From Ophelia neglecta (taxonomy: Eukaryota): 64,000 bases of DNA. Positions within the stretch are counted from its first letter, which is position 1. Every line of letters starts with the position of its first letter. Below the pieces are notes generated by a model. It was not told where the DNA came from, ran no database searches, and saw only the letters and a list, made by a program, of their open reading frames with translations. The position numbers were made by a program, and so were the translations under genes. The stretch spans positions 81,468,001-81,532,000 of the forward strand of contig OZ260664.1 of NCBI GenBank assembly GCA_965285935.1, read 5' to 3'. Below, one piece after another: positions 36,051 through 51,000 of the stretch.

Positions 36051-39000
36051 GTAAAGTCAAGATGCGACTCACTCAGTGGAAAATACTTATCGGAACTTTA
36101 TTAGTGCAGTCGATTGTGTTGTGTTTTGCAGAGGACATTACTACTAGATGCCGCGAACAATGTGGCGAAGATTCAGTGAGTATTACCTCCATGTTCACAC
36201 ATTTCTTAGCACTTTTCCCCTCCAAAGTTTCCCCAGCCCTGCACTGAGCACCTGTCTATTGGTCTACTCAGCGAGTTGGCATGGAGCTTGCTGGGCCGGC
36301 GTACATATGGTGTTGATTGCGGCCCGACCATCAGAAGAGCTGGCCTCTCAAAATAGAAATCACTATCCAGTCTCGTCGTTTGTACTCCTAGACACATAGT
36401 CAGTCGAGTTGTACAATTCTCACCTTTTTCATGATAGGCCAGCTACAGGCTAACATATTTTTCATTTGATTGGTCGATTGCGGGAAAAAATTCATATTGT
36501 GTTCATCAAAGTTCCAAATTCACCGCCATTTTGATGCAGTAGATATAGTGCATTTTGTCTTTCCACCTGTTCAGTCTTAGATCAAATGTCTTGAGATTTC
36601 ATTTGGAGAAAAAACGGCATTCCTTTGCATGTTCTTGATCAGCTCACAACACTATCATTACCATCTAAATCTGTTTTCAATTTTCACTTTTATTGGCTTG
36701 TCATTTTAACTCCAGGGAAAAGTGTAATATTTACTCTAAGAACAAGCAACTGGTACCAGACTGTATCTGAACAGACTACGCTGTGCGGTCCTTTTTAATA
36801 CTGTGTATTTCAAGATATTTTTCGGTTATTCATGATAAACCTGGTAAATGGTGAAATGACAAAGTGTATCTATATAGGAACGTTGATGAACATAGTATCA
36901 CAATACCCCAAAAAATGATGATTGGTATTGGTTGGCTGGCAGGAAAAGATTTAGAGGGTTAACTTTGTATAACCTTTTAGTGCTAAGGAATATTAAGAAA
37001 AAGCTTTTCACCAATTGTAACAATTGCTTGCTTTTATTAGTCCTTTATTAATTGTGGAAAGGAATTAATGCTCTCAATCCTTCCAGTTAATTTAAATACA
37101 GAATTAAGATTGATACACACACAGGAAAAGAAATAAGAACAAAATTTGTAATGTCCCACAGGGCCAGTTACTTTTAAAATCAGCAGGCCCTGTTTGCAAT
37201 AAAGCAGGCCCTAAAAATTTGACTTTTAAATGTGCTGCCCAACTATGTACTGGCCCGCTGGCCTGGAAGGTGGAATTCTAATAGGCCTGCTGCTAAAACA
37301 AAAGGCCCCGGGCCTAAGGGCCCATGCTTATTTCTTTCCCTGACACACATATATATATATGCCCAATTATTCTTTAATTTATAAGTATTTATATACATGA
37401 ACATTATATTTAGTAATGGCCGACAATATATAAAGTTTATTTCCAGTAAAAGGGTGAAAAAAGGTGTCATCTAAAACAGGGTCATGTAAAAAGGGATAAA
37501 ATTGTAATACATTTAAACAAGTCCAGTTTGGGTAGAAGGTGGACCCAGATAATTGTCACTATATCTTTAGTAAGTACCAGAGACCTACAATTTGCATAAA
37601 GGTGGGCTTGAATAGGTAAATACTCCTGATTAATCATTGATTATAGCATTTAATCATGTAGCCAACCATTCTTTTTCTTCAAATTTAATCAATGTGTGAC
37701 TTCCCTAGTCAGAATGGCCAGACAGTATGTATTTAAATGTGTTTCAGCTTTTGTTGCAATCAAATACAATTCCACGCATGTCAGCATATTCTGTACCACT
37801 TTATTGGTATTATTTTATTGCTCAGTTGTAGAAAAATGGTCAAATATTAAGGATAGGGGTAAAAAAAGATTATTATAATTTCTTTTGATTGGAAGTGTCA
37901 GTAATGTTGCCAGAAACTTTGTTTCACTTGGCAAAACTATTTGTACAATATTTCTAAGACTACAACTGGATTGTTGTACAAGACTCCAAACCTTGAGTTA
38001 AACCTAACAGTATCAAATATGAATCCTGGCATTGTTCAACTAAAACTTGGGTAATTTAAGAAGCTTTCACTGATTGATGCCAATCAACACTTTATGTACT
38101 CGGTGTTATGTCATTAACACTTTTCCTACTAGGACATTGTATCAACTAGTGATTTGCTATAGTTCTGGAACATCCAGTAAGCAAAGAGTTAATTTCCGAT
38201 AATTCTGGCAGATGAAATATTTAAGCAGCTTGGTTTAAAATAGAGAATGCTTCATTGCTCTTTCAACCTTTTGAGGAATGTGAAAAGCCTTTGATTTCAA
38301 AAGTGTTTTAGAGCTCGGAAACTCAGCCTTACCCCTCAATATTTTTTTATTTCTCCTGATCTGTATGGTACAGTACTTACTATGAAGAAGCATAGATTTA
38401 AGTGTGATTTAAATTACATAAATTGTTTTGACCTATCTCCGCCTGGAGTATTTGTCTGTATGGGTGCTTGAAGATGATTTTTGTCAGCTTTTCTCTCAAG
38501 CTATAACATTCCCCAGTGATATTATAAAGACCACCACATACTTACAAGTGCCAGCACTCTCTGTTTTTAATAGCCCCGCTGATCTACGACCCATTGAAAG
38601 TGTGCCACTATCAACCCCAAATGCCATTGAGCTGCCACCTCTCACAATCTCCCATACATACTATATGTTTGTTTTTGATATTGTCAGTCATAATAATGTC
38701 AGTGTACTGCGATAAAAGTGGTTTCAACACACACATGGTATCAGCCCCCTGCTGATCTGATGGAGGGCCCTAGCACCATGGTGTAGATCATGTCAATAAC
38801 TCCTTCTTTTGATTTTCCACATGCTTTCTGCTTTGATTTCGGCTATGCCACCAGCGCCATTGGTTTCATAGTAGCCTGCAGGGTCAACTTTACCATAGTT
38901 TCTAGCAATAAAAGTACTATATTGGGCTAGGTGTCACTATAGTAAATACATGTGCATGTACCTGTGTAGTATTTTGAGCCAAACACTTTGTTGGTTGGTA

Positions 39001-42000
39001 GCCCGCTGGGTTCATTGCTCTTGGGCTTGAATATGGGTACAGGTATTCAGCATGGCTGTGCAGGGGCTGATCCAGGAATTTATTTAAAATGTATGTCTGG
39101 GGGGGGGGGGGGGGAGGGGGGGGGGCAGGGGGCTGAGGATGGAGAGAGGGAGGAATGGGTGTGCCCCCAGCCCACCATGGCCATCTGTGGATACTCCAGG
39201 CCCCCCCTTTAGCCTTCCATCTGGGAGTGCGCACCAATCTTACATCCTAGAGATGCTCTTAGGACATTCTTGTAGTTAGACAAAGGGGTCTCTGAACCCC
39301 TAAATTGTAGCCTGCTGTGCTCCTGGCAGTTAGAATGTCCAGGCTTCGCTTCCCAGAAGGCACTGACAACTGAGCTAAATGAAGTATCTCTTGTAGCTGT
39401 GTATTTCTGAGGAAGAATACATCAATCATCAGTTGTATAGCCTGAACTACTTTAGAAAAAAGCTCAAACAGGCTCACTCATTTTTTGTGATAAACATATG
39501 TCAGTGATATACTCAAACATGCTCTCAGATCATGAAAACACTTCAGCTCTGATATTACCAGTGACAGCATGGGAAAATAAGTTGTAAAGACCCCAGACAA
39601 GATGATATACTGTCTGTACATATACTGATATACAAAATAGTACCATCTAGGTCAGTTATTGCACTATACACCTTCAAACAAAAACAGAATGTATATTATT
39701 ACCCTATCAGCGTTAATCACCTTCAAAATGAAAAGATTTGACTAATATCCTTGTATAGCCTGGCAATTTATCTGAACAGTGAAGTTTGGATTGTTCATGT
39801 TCGTCTTTGTGGAACGCAGTGCGTGATGCTTCCTTGGCACCTATTTTTTACACAGGTAGTTGGCAATGCTCCAGTTACAAGTTAGCTTCATCAGAGGAAA
39901 ACTTCCACAAGATTTGACAGCTTTCACTTGGAAAGTCATCCAAGGGCACTTTGAAGGATTTTGCACGATGGTTTTCATCAAAGAGGGCAGCCGTTTCATT
40001 GGCTTTAACCAGGTACGCATCAATCCTGATAACAGGAAGACTGAATCTGCTGGCAAGCCGGAAGCTGCTTGCCCCCGTTGGCCGTCTGGCAAACTGATCA
40101 CATTGAATTAAATGTGACATAGCAATTTAGTTCTCTGGGTCTGTACATTTATCATTGTATTACTACACCTTGACATAACCATTGGAGTGTTAGAAACTCC
40201 CATGGGCTGCATTTAAATACATGTAAATCATTCATGGCTTATAGATATTTGGCTGCACACATGCTGGAGTATATAAACATGTATGAACATATACCTACAT
40301 GTTGACCTATGAGTATGTGTAACGTAAGTGGTGACTGAGTCAGTCATCATATCACCTCTCTGTGATTCATATTTACAGACCTACCGTATTCGCTGTAAGC
40401 TCTGCCCTAAGTGCTCAGCCCTTTCTCCTCCCGTCTATCTGGAGGCGGAGTCTATGTGGGTCTCTCTTCTACGTAGGGCTTTCATCTTTGTGGGGCCCTC
40501 GTCTTTGTGAGGCTCCTAAATCAAGTTTAAACCCACATTTGTTTATTCACTGCAGTAATAAGTATAATAACCAAATATTTTGCTATAACAATATAAATTT
40601 TTGAACATTGCGAGGAGGTATTTTACATTAATATTGTCTGAAAGAAATACGGTGAGATATATCAGTTGATTGATTTTATATTCCTGGTAACTTTTAACAC
40701 CAACCAAGAAGAATACTGTGCAGCAGAAAATTTAGGCAATCTGAATCTCAGTGATGTTTGTGCGACTTTGTTAACTTACCATGTAAGCCCAGGCATATAT
40801 TAAAACATTTATTAAGAGTGTGTGCTAGAATAAAAGCAAGTTAAAATTTGTTTGGAAAACGAAAATATGCATTTCAACCGTATTTGTTTTCTTTTGTGTT
40901 TCATTATTGTGTACCTGCTCATTTCATGCTGTGCGAGGGTCAGGAATAATGTAATGCTAATATTAAATAATAAAGTATGAGTATTTGTACATGTGCATGT
41001 ACATATTTATGTATAGTATTATGGCATGGCCTGACTTTGGCTGACAAGTGACCCAAGGTGATATGCATCAAGTGACATCTGGTCATTTTAGCAGCTGACA
41101 TTTTTATGTTACTCATTATGTGTATTGCTACGGATCGACTCTTCCTAGTCCAGAATCCAAGCAAAAAACGTATTAAAAAGAGTTTGTTACATGATTATCA
41201 AGACCTTGCTACTTTTATAAACTATATTGATGGCAACACACACATCAAACAGAGAAAATAGCAGTGAAAGATTCTTGTGAGCAGTTGTAAAAGGGTAAAT
41301 TGAACTGCGTAGCTCGAGGCAAGGGCCGGGGCCCAGTTTTTGGAAGTGGTCTTATTGTTTTTAATTACATTTAACTGTATTACCAATCAGTTGAGCCTGG
41401 GTTAGTTGGTGTGTCCATTGACCAGGATTGATATTTTACCAAAATGGCTAAGTTAACAACCAAATCCAGCTTCCAGAAACCCTAAGTAGCATGTTAAGAC
41501 ATATTAACCACTTTATTCCTGATTGTAATCCAAGGTATGAGTTTAGACTGCTTCCAGAAACCGAGCACAGAATCCTTGAGCACCTTCTCTTGGTGTCCTT
41601 GACTTATTATTACAGATATTATAGCGTCTCAAGGATTAAATAGCAATTTTATTAGCTAATTATTAGATCATAAATCTTACATCTGAAGGAGCCTATGTGC
41701 ATGTACCTGTATGCCCCCCAGACAAATGGCAGCAAAATTAGTGTTCAAAGATAGATTTTATTTTTGCGATGGATGGGAAACTCTTGTGTTTCTTGGTGCT
41801 TATGAAGATAAAAGTCAGTTAACTAAGAACAAGGACAAAACTCTCATCTGTAACTTACTTTTTATAATGCAGAAGCAGGGCAAAGTGACCGCTAATGAAA
41901 ATTGGGCCTTTAATCAGTAAATTGGTTATTGCATGCTTTGTTTATTTAGAAAAGACCCACAAAAGGCAGACTACACATGCATGGAACATGTTCATGCTAT

Positions 42001-45000
42001 GATTGACCGACGCCTGTGATGTGATCCAACAATCAATCAATCAGTCAATCAATCAGGACCATGATTCACCTTAAACTGACCAAATGTCAGATCAAAGTTT
42101 ACTACCATCCTCTACCAATTTATCAACAACCAGCTCGCTTGGGAAACTGCTTCAGAACTGTGGAAAATCCGTGCAGGCATGTTGATGATATTTCACTTAG
42201 ATTTGTAAAGATTAGCAGCTCAATAGTGTCAGGCCTGCTGAAAAGTTTGTCAGAACTAGTTTTAGGTAGACAGGGTCCTGTCAAAGAATTATCTCAGGGC
42301 TTCAACCATTAGTGAAACAGTTTATCACCTAACCTTCACATGTGCTGCAACCCTACTTAAGTGAAGATTTATCAAAATCATTAAAAAACCGAATCATTCA
42401 ATAATGTCTGGGCATTGGGGATTTTTTGTTTTTGTCTAGTACTAGTCCAAGAAGTCAGCTCAGAATTCTAGGAATGCCAAATCTGGTGTTTTGATGGATT
42501 ATTTTCTTAAAATACATGTTAGAGTACATGTTGTAGTTGGCTACAAATTTGTGAGGAGTGTTTCCATAGGCAGGGGGCCCACTAGGAATACAGTAGGAAG
42601 CAGGTTTGTTTATCCAGATTAACATCACCACATGTACTGTACAGTGCTGTTTGTATTAAAAAAAAAAAATCTGTTATTAAAATCTTATAATTTTCCACCA
42701 TATTATTGTTGACAACAAATATTATTAATCACTTTCTACAAAGATAATCTTGTTAATCTGGTAAAAGCATTTGTATGCAGTAAAGGAATAAGATTTAGTC
42801 CGGGTGTAGATGACACTCCCTTGATTATCCCCCACTCTGCCGACACCTCCACCCCAGCACAGGGAGTTTAACCTGACACTGGACCAGACAGAGACCTGAC
42901 TCATCCTCCCAGGTAGATGGTAGTACCAACCGCAGGGAGGAGGAGGTGAGGAGGAGGCACTGAGGGGTGGATCAGCAGAGAGGGGCAGTCAGAGGCAGGG
43001 GGAAGGGGATTAGGGGGAATAGGCAGAGGTGGGGGAGGGGGTATCAGAGGAGTAAGGGGTGTGGGTAGGGGGTGGAGGAGGGATTTAGGTTTGGGTTAGG
43101 TAGTGGGCTAAAGTATAAGGAGGAGGAGACAGGGGGATGGTATGTCATAAGAGTTGTGATGTGGGCAGAGGTTCACCGAAGGGATACACATAGATGGGGA
43201 GGGGAATGGGGGGGGGGGGGGGAGAAGGGTTGGACTTGGTGCAGAAAAGTGGGATTGTCCATGATAGGTAGGCATCATTTACTTTGGTTCATGTACGTAT
43301 TCATGTACCCTCATCACAGCCAGACACATTTATACAATAACCCTGAACTTTACTAGATAAGTTTGGCAGTAAGAGGTTAAATATTCAAATATCCTTGTAC
43401 ATATACATGTACATGTACAGAGTGAACCATAAAATATGTACAGCTCTTTTTTCTACCTTAAACTAATATTATAAAGATTTATTTTAAAATGTTACAAGGT
43501 TTTTTCTGAAAAATTCCAAATAGGCCTTTTAGTAGGAATGTTACGAGCAGTTTGGTTTTAAGAATATCCTTATGATAGGTATGGTATAGTCATACAATCC
43601 ATGAAATCAAACAAGTACTTTTCCTTTTTTTGACACTCCCACATCATGACAGAAATCCTGGTCTGAAACCATAGAGATCAATGGCCAGTAGGGAATCCAT
43701 AACTGTAACCATGGAGGGCTTTGGCTGCTAGGGAACCATAACTGTAACTGTGGAGGTCTATGACCACAAGAGAACCATGGCTGTAAGCATGGCGGTATAT
43801 GGCCACAAGAGAACCATGGCTGTAAGCATGGCGGTATATGACCACTAGGGAACCATTGCAGTAACTATAGAGATCTATGGCCACTAGGGAACCATGACAG
43901 TAGCTATGGAGGTCTATGGCCACTAAGGAACCATGACTGTTACCATGGAGGTCTATGTCAACAAGGGAACCATTACTGTAACCATGGAGGTCTATGACTA
44001 CTTAGAAACCATGACAGTAGCTATGGAGGTCTATGACCACTAGTGGACCAAGACACTAACCGTGAAGGTCTATGGCCACAAGGGGACCATAACAGTCACA
44101 GTGGAGGTCTATGGCAACAAAGGAACCATGACTGTAACCATGGAGGTCTATGGCCACAAGAGAACCATGACTGTAACCATGGAGGTCTATGACCACTAGG
44201 GAACCATGACTGTAACCATGGAGGTCTATGACCACTAGGGAACCATGACTGTAACCATGGAGGTCTATGTCAACAAGGGAACCATTACTGTAACCATGGA
44301 GGTTTATGACCACTAAGGAACCATGACTGTTACCATGGAGGTCTATAACCAGTAGGGAACCATGACTGTTACCATGGAGGTCTATAACCAATAGGGAACC
44401 ATGACTGTAACCACGGAGGTCTATGTCAACAAGGGAACCATGACTGTAACCATGGAGGTCTATGACCACTAAGGAACCATGACTGTTACCATGGAGGTCT
44501 ATAACCAGTAGGGAACCATGACTGTTACCATGGAGGTCTATAACCAATAGGGAACCATGACTGTAACCGTGGAGGTCTATGTCAACAAGGGAACCATGAC
44601 TGTAACCATGGAGGTCTATGACTACTTGGGAACCATGACAGTAGCTATTGAGGTCTATGACCAATAGTGGACCAAGACACTAACCGTGGAGGTCTATGGC
44701 CACAAGGGGACCATAACAGTCACAGTGGAGATCTATGGCAACAAGAGAACCATGACTGTAACCATGGAGGTCTATGACCACTAGGGAACCATGACTGTAA
44801 CCATGGAGATCTATGGCCACAAGAGAACCATGACTGTAACCATGGAGGTCTATAGCCACAAGAAAACCATGGCTGTAAGCATGGCGGTATATGGCCACAA
44901 GAGAACCATGGCTGTAAACATGGCGGTATATGACCACTAGGGAACCATTGCAGTAACTATAGAGATCTATGGCCACTAGGGAACCATGACAGTAGCTATG

Positions 45001-48000
45001 GAGGTCTATGGCCACTAAGGAACCATGACTGTTACCATGGAGGTCTATGACAACAAGGGAACCATTACTGTAACCATGGAGGTCTATGACCACTTGGGAA
45101 CCATGACTGTAACCATGGAGGTCTATGACCACTAGGGAACCATGACTGTAACCATGGAGGTTTATGACCACTAAGGAACCATGACTGTTACCATGGAGGT
45201 CTATAACCAGTAGGGAACCATTACTGTAACCATGGAGGTTTATGACCACTAAGGAACCATGACTGTTACCATGGAGGTCTCTAACCAGTAGGGAACCATG
45301 ACTGTTACCATGGAGGTCTATAACCAATAGGGAACCATGACTGTAACCGTGGAGGTCTATGTCAACAAGGGAACCATGACTGTAACCATGGAGGTTTATG
45401 ACCACTTGGGAACCATGACAGTAGCTATGGAGGTCTATGACCACTAGTGGATCAAGACACTAACCGTGGAGGTCTATGGCCACAAGGGGACCATAACAGT
45501 CACAGTGGAGATCTATAGCCACAAGAGAACCATGACTGTAACCATGGAGGTCTATGACCACTAGGGAACCATGACTGTAACCATGGAGGTCTATGACCAC
45601 TAGGGAACCATGACTGTAACCATGGAGGTCTATGTCAACAAGGGAACCATTACTGTAACCATGGAGGTTTATGACCACTAAGGAACCATGACAGTTACCA
45701 TGGAGGTCTATAACCAATACGGAATTATGACAGTAGCTATGGAGGTCTATGACCACTAGTGGACCAAGACACTAACTGTGGAGGTCTATGGCCACAAGGG
45801 GACCATGACAGTCACAGTGGAGATCTATAGCCACAAGAGAACCATGACTGTTACCATGGAGGTCTATAACCAACAGGGAACCATGACTGTTACCATGGAG
45901 GTCTATGTCAACAAGGGAACCATGACTGTAACCATGGAGGTTTATGACCACTTGGGAACCATGACAGTAGCTATGGAGGTCTATGACCACTAGTGGACCA
46001 AGACACTAACTGTGGAGGTCTATGGCCACAAGGGGACCATGACAGTCACAGTGGAGGTCTATGGCAACAAAGGAACCATGACTGTAACCATGGAGGTCTA
46101 TTACCACTAGGGAACCATGAATGTAACCATGAAGGTCTATGTCAACAAGGGAACCATTACTGTAACCATGGAGGTTTATGACCACTAAGGAACCATGACT
46201 GTTACCATGGAGGTCTATAACCAATAGGGAACCATGACTGTTACCATGGAGGTCTATAACCAATAGGGAACCATGACTGTAACCGTGGAGGTATATGACC
46301 ACTAGGGAACCATGACAGTAACTATGGAGGTCTATGACCACTAGTGGACCAAGACACTAACCGTGGAGGTCTATGGCCACAAGGGGACCATGACAGTCAC
46401 AGTGGAGATCTATAGCCACAAGAGAACCATGACTGTAACCATGGAGGTCTATGACCACAAGAGAACCATGACTGTAACCATGGAGGTCTATGGCCACAAA
46501 GGAACCATGACTGTAACCATGTAGGTCTATGGCAACAAAGGAACCATGACTGTAACCATGGAGGTCTATTACCACTAGGGAACCATGACTGTAACCATGA
46601 AAGTCTCTGTCAACAAGGGAACCATTACTGTAACCATGGAGGTTTATGACCACTAAGGAACCATGACTGTTACCATGGAGGTCTATAACCAACAGGGAAC
46701 CATTACTGTAACCATGGAGGTTTATGACCACTAAGGAACCATGACTGTTACCATGGAGGTCTCTAACCAGTAGGGAACCATGACTGTTACCATGGAGGTC
46801 TATAACCAATAGGGAACCATGACTGTAACCGTGGAGGTCTATGTCAACAAGGGAACCATGACTGTAACCATGGAGGTTTATGACCACTTGGGAACCATGA
46901 CAGTAGCTATGGAGGTCTATGACCACTAGTGGATCAAGACACTAACCGTGGAGGTCTATGGCCACAAGGGGACCATAACAGTCACAGTGGAGATCTATAG
47001 CCACAAGAGAACCATGACTGTAACCATGGAGGTCTATGACCACTAGGGAACCATGACTGTAACCATGGAGGTCTATGACCACTAGGGAACCATGACTGTA
47101 ACCATGGAGGTCTATGTCAACAAGGGAACCATTACTGTAACCATGGAGGTTTATGACCACTAAGGAACCATGGAGGTCTATAACCAATAGGGAATTATGA
47201 CAGTAGCTATGGAGGTCTATGACCACTAGTGGACCAAGACACTAACTGTGGAGGTCTATGGCCACAAGGGGACCATGACAGTCACAGTGGAGATCTATAG
47301 CCACAAGAGAACCATGACTGTTACCATGGAGGTCTATAACCAACAGGGAACCATGACTGTTACCATGGAGGTCTATGTCAACAAGGGAACCATGACTGTA
47401 ACCATGGAGGTTTATGACCACTTGGGAACCATGACAGTAGCTATGGAGGTCTATGACCACTAGTGGACCAAGACACTAACTGTGGAGGTCTATGGCCACA
47501 AGGGGACCATGACAGTCACAGTGGAGGTCTATGGCAACAAAGGAACCATGACTGTAACCATGGAGGTCTATTACCACTAGGGAACCATGAATGTAACCAT
47601 GAAGGTCTATGTCAACAAGGGAACCATTACTGTAACCATGGAGGTTTATGACCACTAAGGAACCATGACTGTTACCATGGAGGTCTATAACCAATAGGGA
47701 ACCATGACTGTTACCATGGAGGTCTATAACCAATAGGGAACCATGACTGTAACCGTGGAGGTATATGACCACTAGGGAACCATGACAGTAACTATGGAGG
47801 TCTATGACCACTAGTGGACCAAGACACTAACCGTGGAGGTCTATGGCCACAAGGGGACCATGACAGTCACAGTGGAGATCTATAGCCACAAGAGAACCAT
47901 GACTGTAACCATGGAGGTCTATGACCACAAGAGAACCATGACTGTAACCATGGAGGTCTATGGCCACAAAGGAACCATGACTGTAACCATGTAGGTCTAT

Positions 48001-51000
48001 GGCAACAAAGGAACCATGACTGTAACCATGGAGGTCTATTACCACTAGGGAACCATGACTGTAACCATGAAAGTCTCTGTCAACAAGGGAACCATTACTG
48101 TAACCATGGAGGTTTATGACCACTAAGGAACCATGACTGTTACCATGGAGGTCTATAACCAACAGGGAACCATGACTGTTACCATGGAGGTCTATAACCA
48201 ATAGGGAACCATGACTGTAACCGTGGAGGTCTATGTCAACAAGGGAACCATGACTGTAACCATGGAGGTTTATGACCACTTGGGAACCATGACAGTAGCT
48301 ATGGAGGTCTATGACCACTAGTGGATCAAGACACTAACCGTGGAGGTCTATGGCCACAAGGGGACCATAACAGTCACAGTGGAGATCTATAGCCACAAGA
48401 GAACCATGACTGTAACCATGGAGGTCTATGACCACTAGGGAACCATGACTGTAACCATGGATGTCTATGACCACTAGGGAACCATGACTGTAACCATGGA
48501 GGTCTATGTCAACAAGGGAACCATTACTGTTACCATGGAGGTCTATAACCAACAGGGAACCATGACTGTTACCATGGAGGTCTATAACCAATAGGGAACC
48601 ATGACTGTAACCGTGGAGGTATATGACCACTAGGGAACCATGACAGTAACTATGGAGGTCTATGACCACTAGTGGACCAAGACACTAACCGTGGAGGTCT
48701 ATGGCCACAAGGGGACCATGACTGTAACCATGGAGGTCTATGGCCACTAGGGAACCATGACTGTAACCATGAAAGTCTCTGTCAACAAGGGAACCATTAC
48801 TGTAACCATGGAGGTTTATGACCACTAAGGAACCATGACTGTTACCATGGAGGTCTATAACCAACAGGGAACCATGACTGTTACCATGGAGGTCTATAAC
48901 CAATAGGGAACCATGACTGTAACCGTGGAGGTATATGACCACTAGGGAACCATGACTGTAACCATGGAGGTTTGATGCCACTAGGGAACCAACACATGTT
49001 CATATTCAGATTTTGTACCTTGATCAAGTCATAATACTGTCTTCAACCTAACAAAGCCTGTAAGTCATATTGAGGTTAAATCACTGTATGTTGTGTGGCA
49101 CTAAGCCCAACATTGTAATTGGGTTAGGCATTAAAAAGTAATATTGCTCTTGTAGGTGCAGAGGTAAAGAGATGTGATTGAGTTGTCTCAGAACTAGCTA
49201 GTCATAGGTACATGATCATTGCCAACATTGTAATTTTCCGGTTTAAGTAAGTAAAGGCATGGATCGTAGTAAATGTTTGCTAGGTAAACGGCATAAAATG
49301 TTAAACACAAATTCCTTGAGAATTTACATTTTGCTTGTACTTGACACATCACAGTCTGTACATGATGCAGCTAGGGTTGTGCTGGTTATACCAAACCTTG
49401 GTCAATACAGGTTTTAGGAGCCCTTAAGATCAAATAACCGCTATTAACTTTTTAACAGGTACATGTGCATAAATTTACATCAATATCTCGCTACCTGTGA
49501 AATCTGCTGTACCGCTGGTGCTGGGATGCTGCGAGGCATGTTCTTGATAACCATAATTAACCTGGCTTACCCTAACCCACGCTGTGCATATCCACAGCAA
49601 GCCTCACAGATCCACAGCACCGGCAAATAACCAATTACTTGTGTAACCTAGCTGAAATAATTTTGGCAGCCTAACCTGAAAGTGGAAAATAATCACTAAA
49701 AGTTTAGTTAGCTATTTTTGAGAAATGGGACACACAGAAGTTGTGTTTTACGGTTTACTCTTGTTTCACCCGGAAGCCTTGGAAAGTAGCCACTGTTATT
49801 TGACTGGAAAAATATGTTTGGAGCAGGATTTCCAGACCAGTGAGACTTTAATGAAGACTTCTTGGATTATCTTATTAACTTAACTTATCAGCTGCTCTCA
49901 AACATGTAAATTGGTCGATTGGTGGATTGAAACGCACATAAGCTGTCAGAAATGATAACATGTCAGCTCTTATAATCAGACTCTTCCCATATTTATTTAC
50001 CATGAACTGTCCATTCTTAAAATAGAGCTGAGTACAAAAAAACCCCGACTTTGGTCGAGATTTGATGTGTCACAGTTTATCAGCTGATGTAAATCAGGAC
50101 ATTTTCAGGAGCAGGAAATTTCCCTACTCAGGAAAAATTCCTGGAGGCCTATGAAACCCTTCTTTCTCCAGCAGACCACTGTATACCCCAGGGGGAGCAC
50201 TGCCATTTATATATTTATACTTGGTATGTGCTGCCAGAAAGAATCATTCTTCAAGACATTTTCCTGAGATAATGGTCTGTTTTCTCAGAGAAGTACCTAG
50301 ATTAGGTTCCTATAAGGCTTTTCTGAATTGTCTGGTTATTTGTACATTTTGTCTGTTTCCATATAACAGAACATTGCCAAAAGGTCTTTTTTATGCAGTA
50401 ACAAAGATCTTGATTTGCAATTGGTGTATAAAGGGTAGGGTTTTGAGCATTCTGGTAGCATCCCCCCATCCCCCGAATCCCCCCCCCCCTTACCAGTGGG
50501 GTTAGTGCATTCGTCAGGCTCATAATTACTTAGCGACAAAATTTACTGTTGAAAATATATGGTGGAATTTTCTGCTGGCGCAAATTTGTTGCTTACAGTG
50601 TGTGGTATCTTGAGATCCTCTCACCCGAAACAAGACTCCCTCTCCGTCTATTAAAACACATGTCAAGCCTTGACATGAGTGGAAAAAAGTGGCTTAATTA
50701 TGTCAAGAAAAGGTTAAATTTAGGCTTTTGCCGCCATAAGATAAACAATGGGAAATAAATTGGTATTACATACTTTTTCTTAAGTGCTAGATAGAATATA
50801 AAAGTGTTAAGGAGTGTGACATGTTTGATTTGATAATTGTGGTGTTACTAGAATCTTGTGGCATCGATTAAGTCAAGTGGTGCCTGGATCTGCGGTTTCC
50901 TGAAGTCATTGGTGAGCTATGGAGAGCTAGGACAGTGATTACCCCCAGCTTTATATTACACTCACACTCTTTGTTTCATCCTGCCATTCATATCATCGGA

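Noticed and set aside
38200-40120. Possible decayed DNA-transposon coding relic on the minus strand (e.g. REKLTKIIF, ISRGG-like pieces)
   Set aside because: Fragments are too short and frameshifted to assign without a tBLASTx or Dfam search.
43678-48981. His-rich 13-aa repeat ORFs (VVIDLHGYSHGSL) as a metal-binding or structural protein
   Set aside because: They are translations of the 39-bp satellite, broken by a stop at every marker monomer, with no unique N- or C-terminus, signal peptide or splice context.
43690-48990. CRISPR-like array
   Set aside because: Monomers abut with no unique spacers, there are no cas genes, and the context is eukaryotic.
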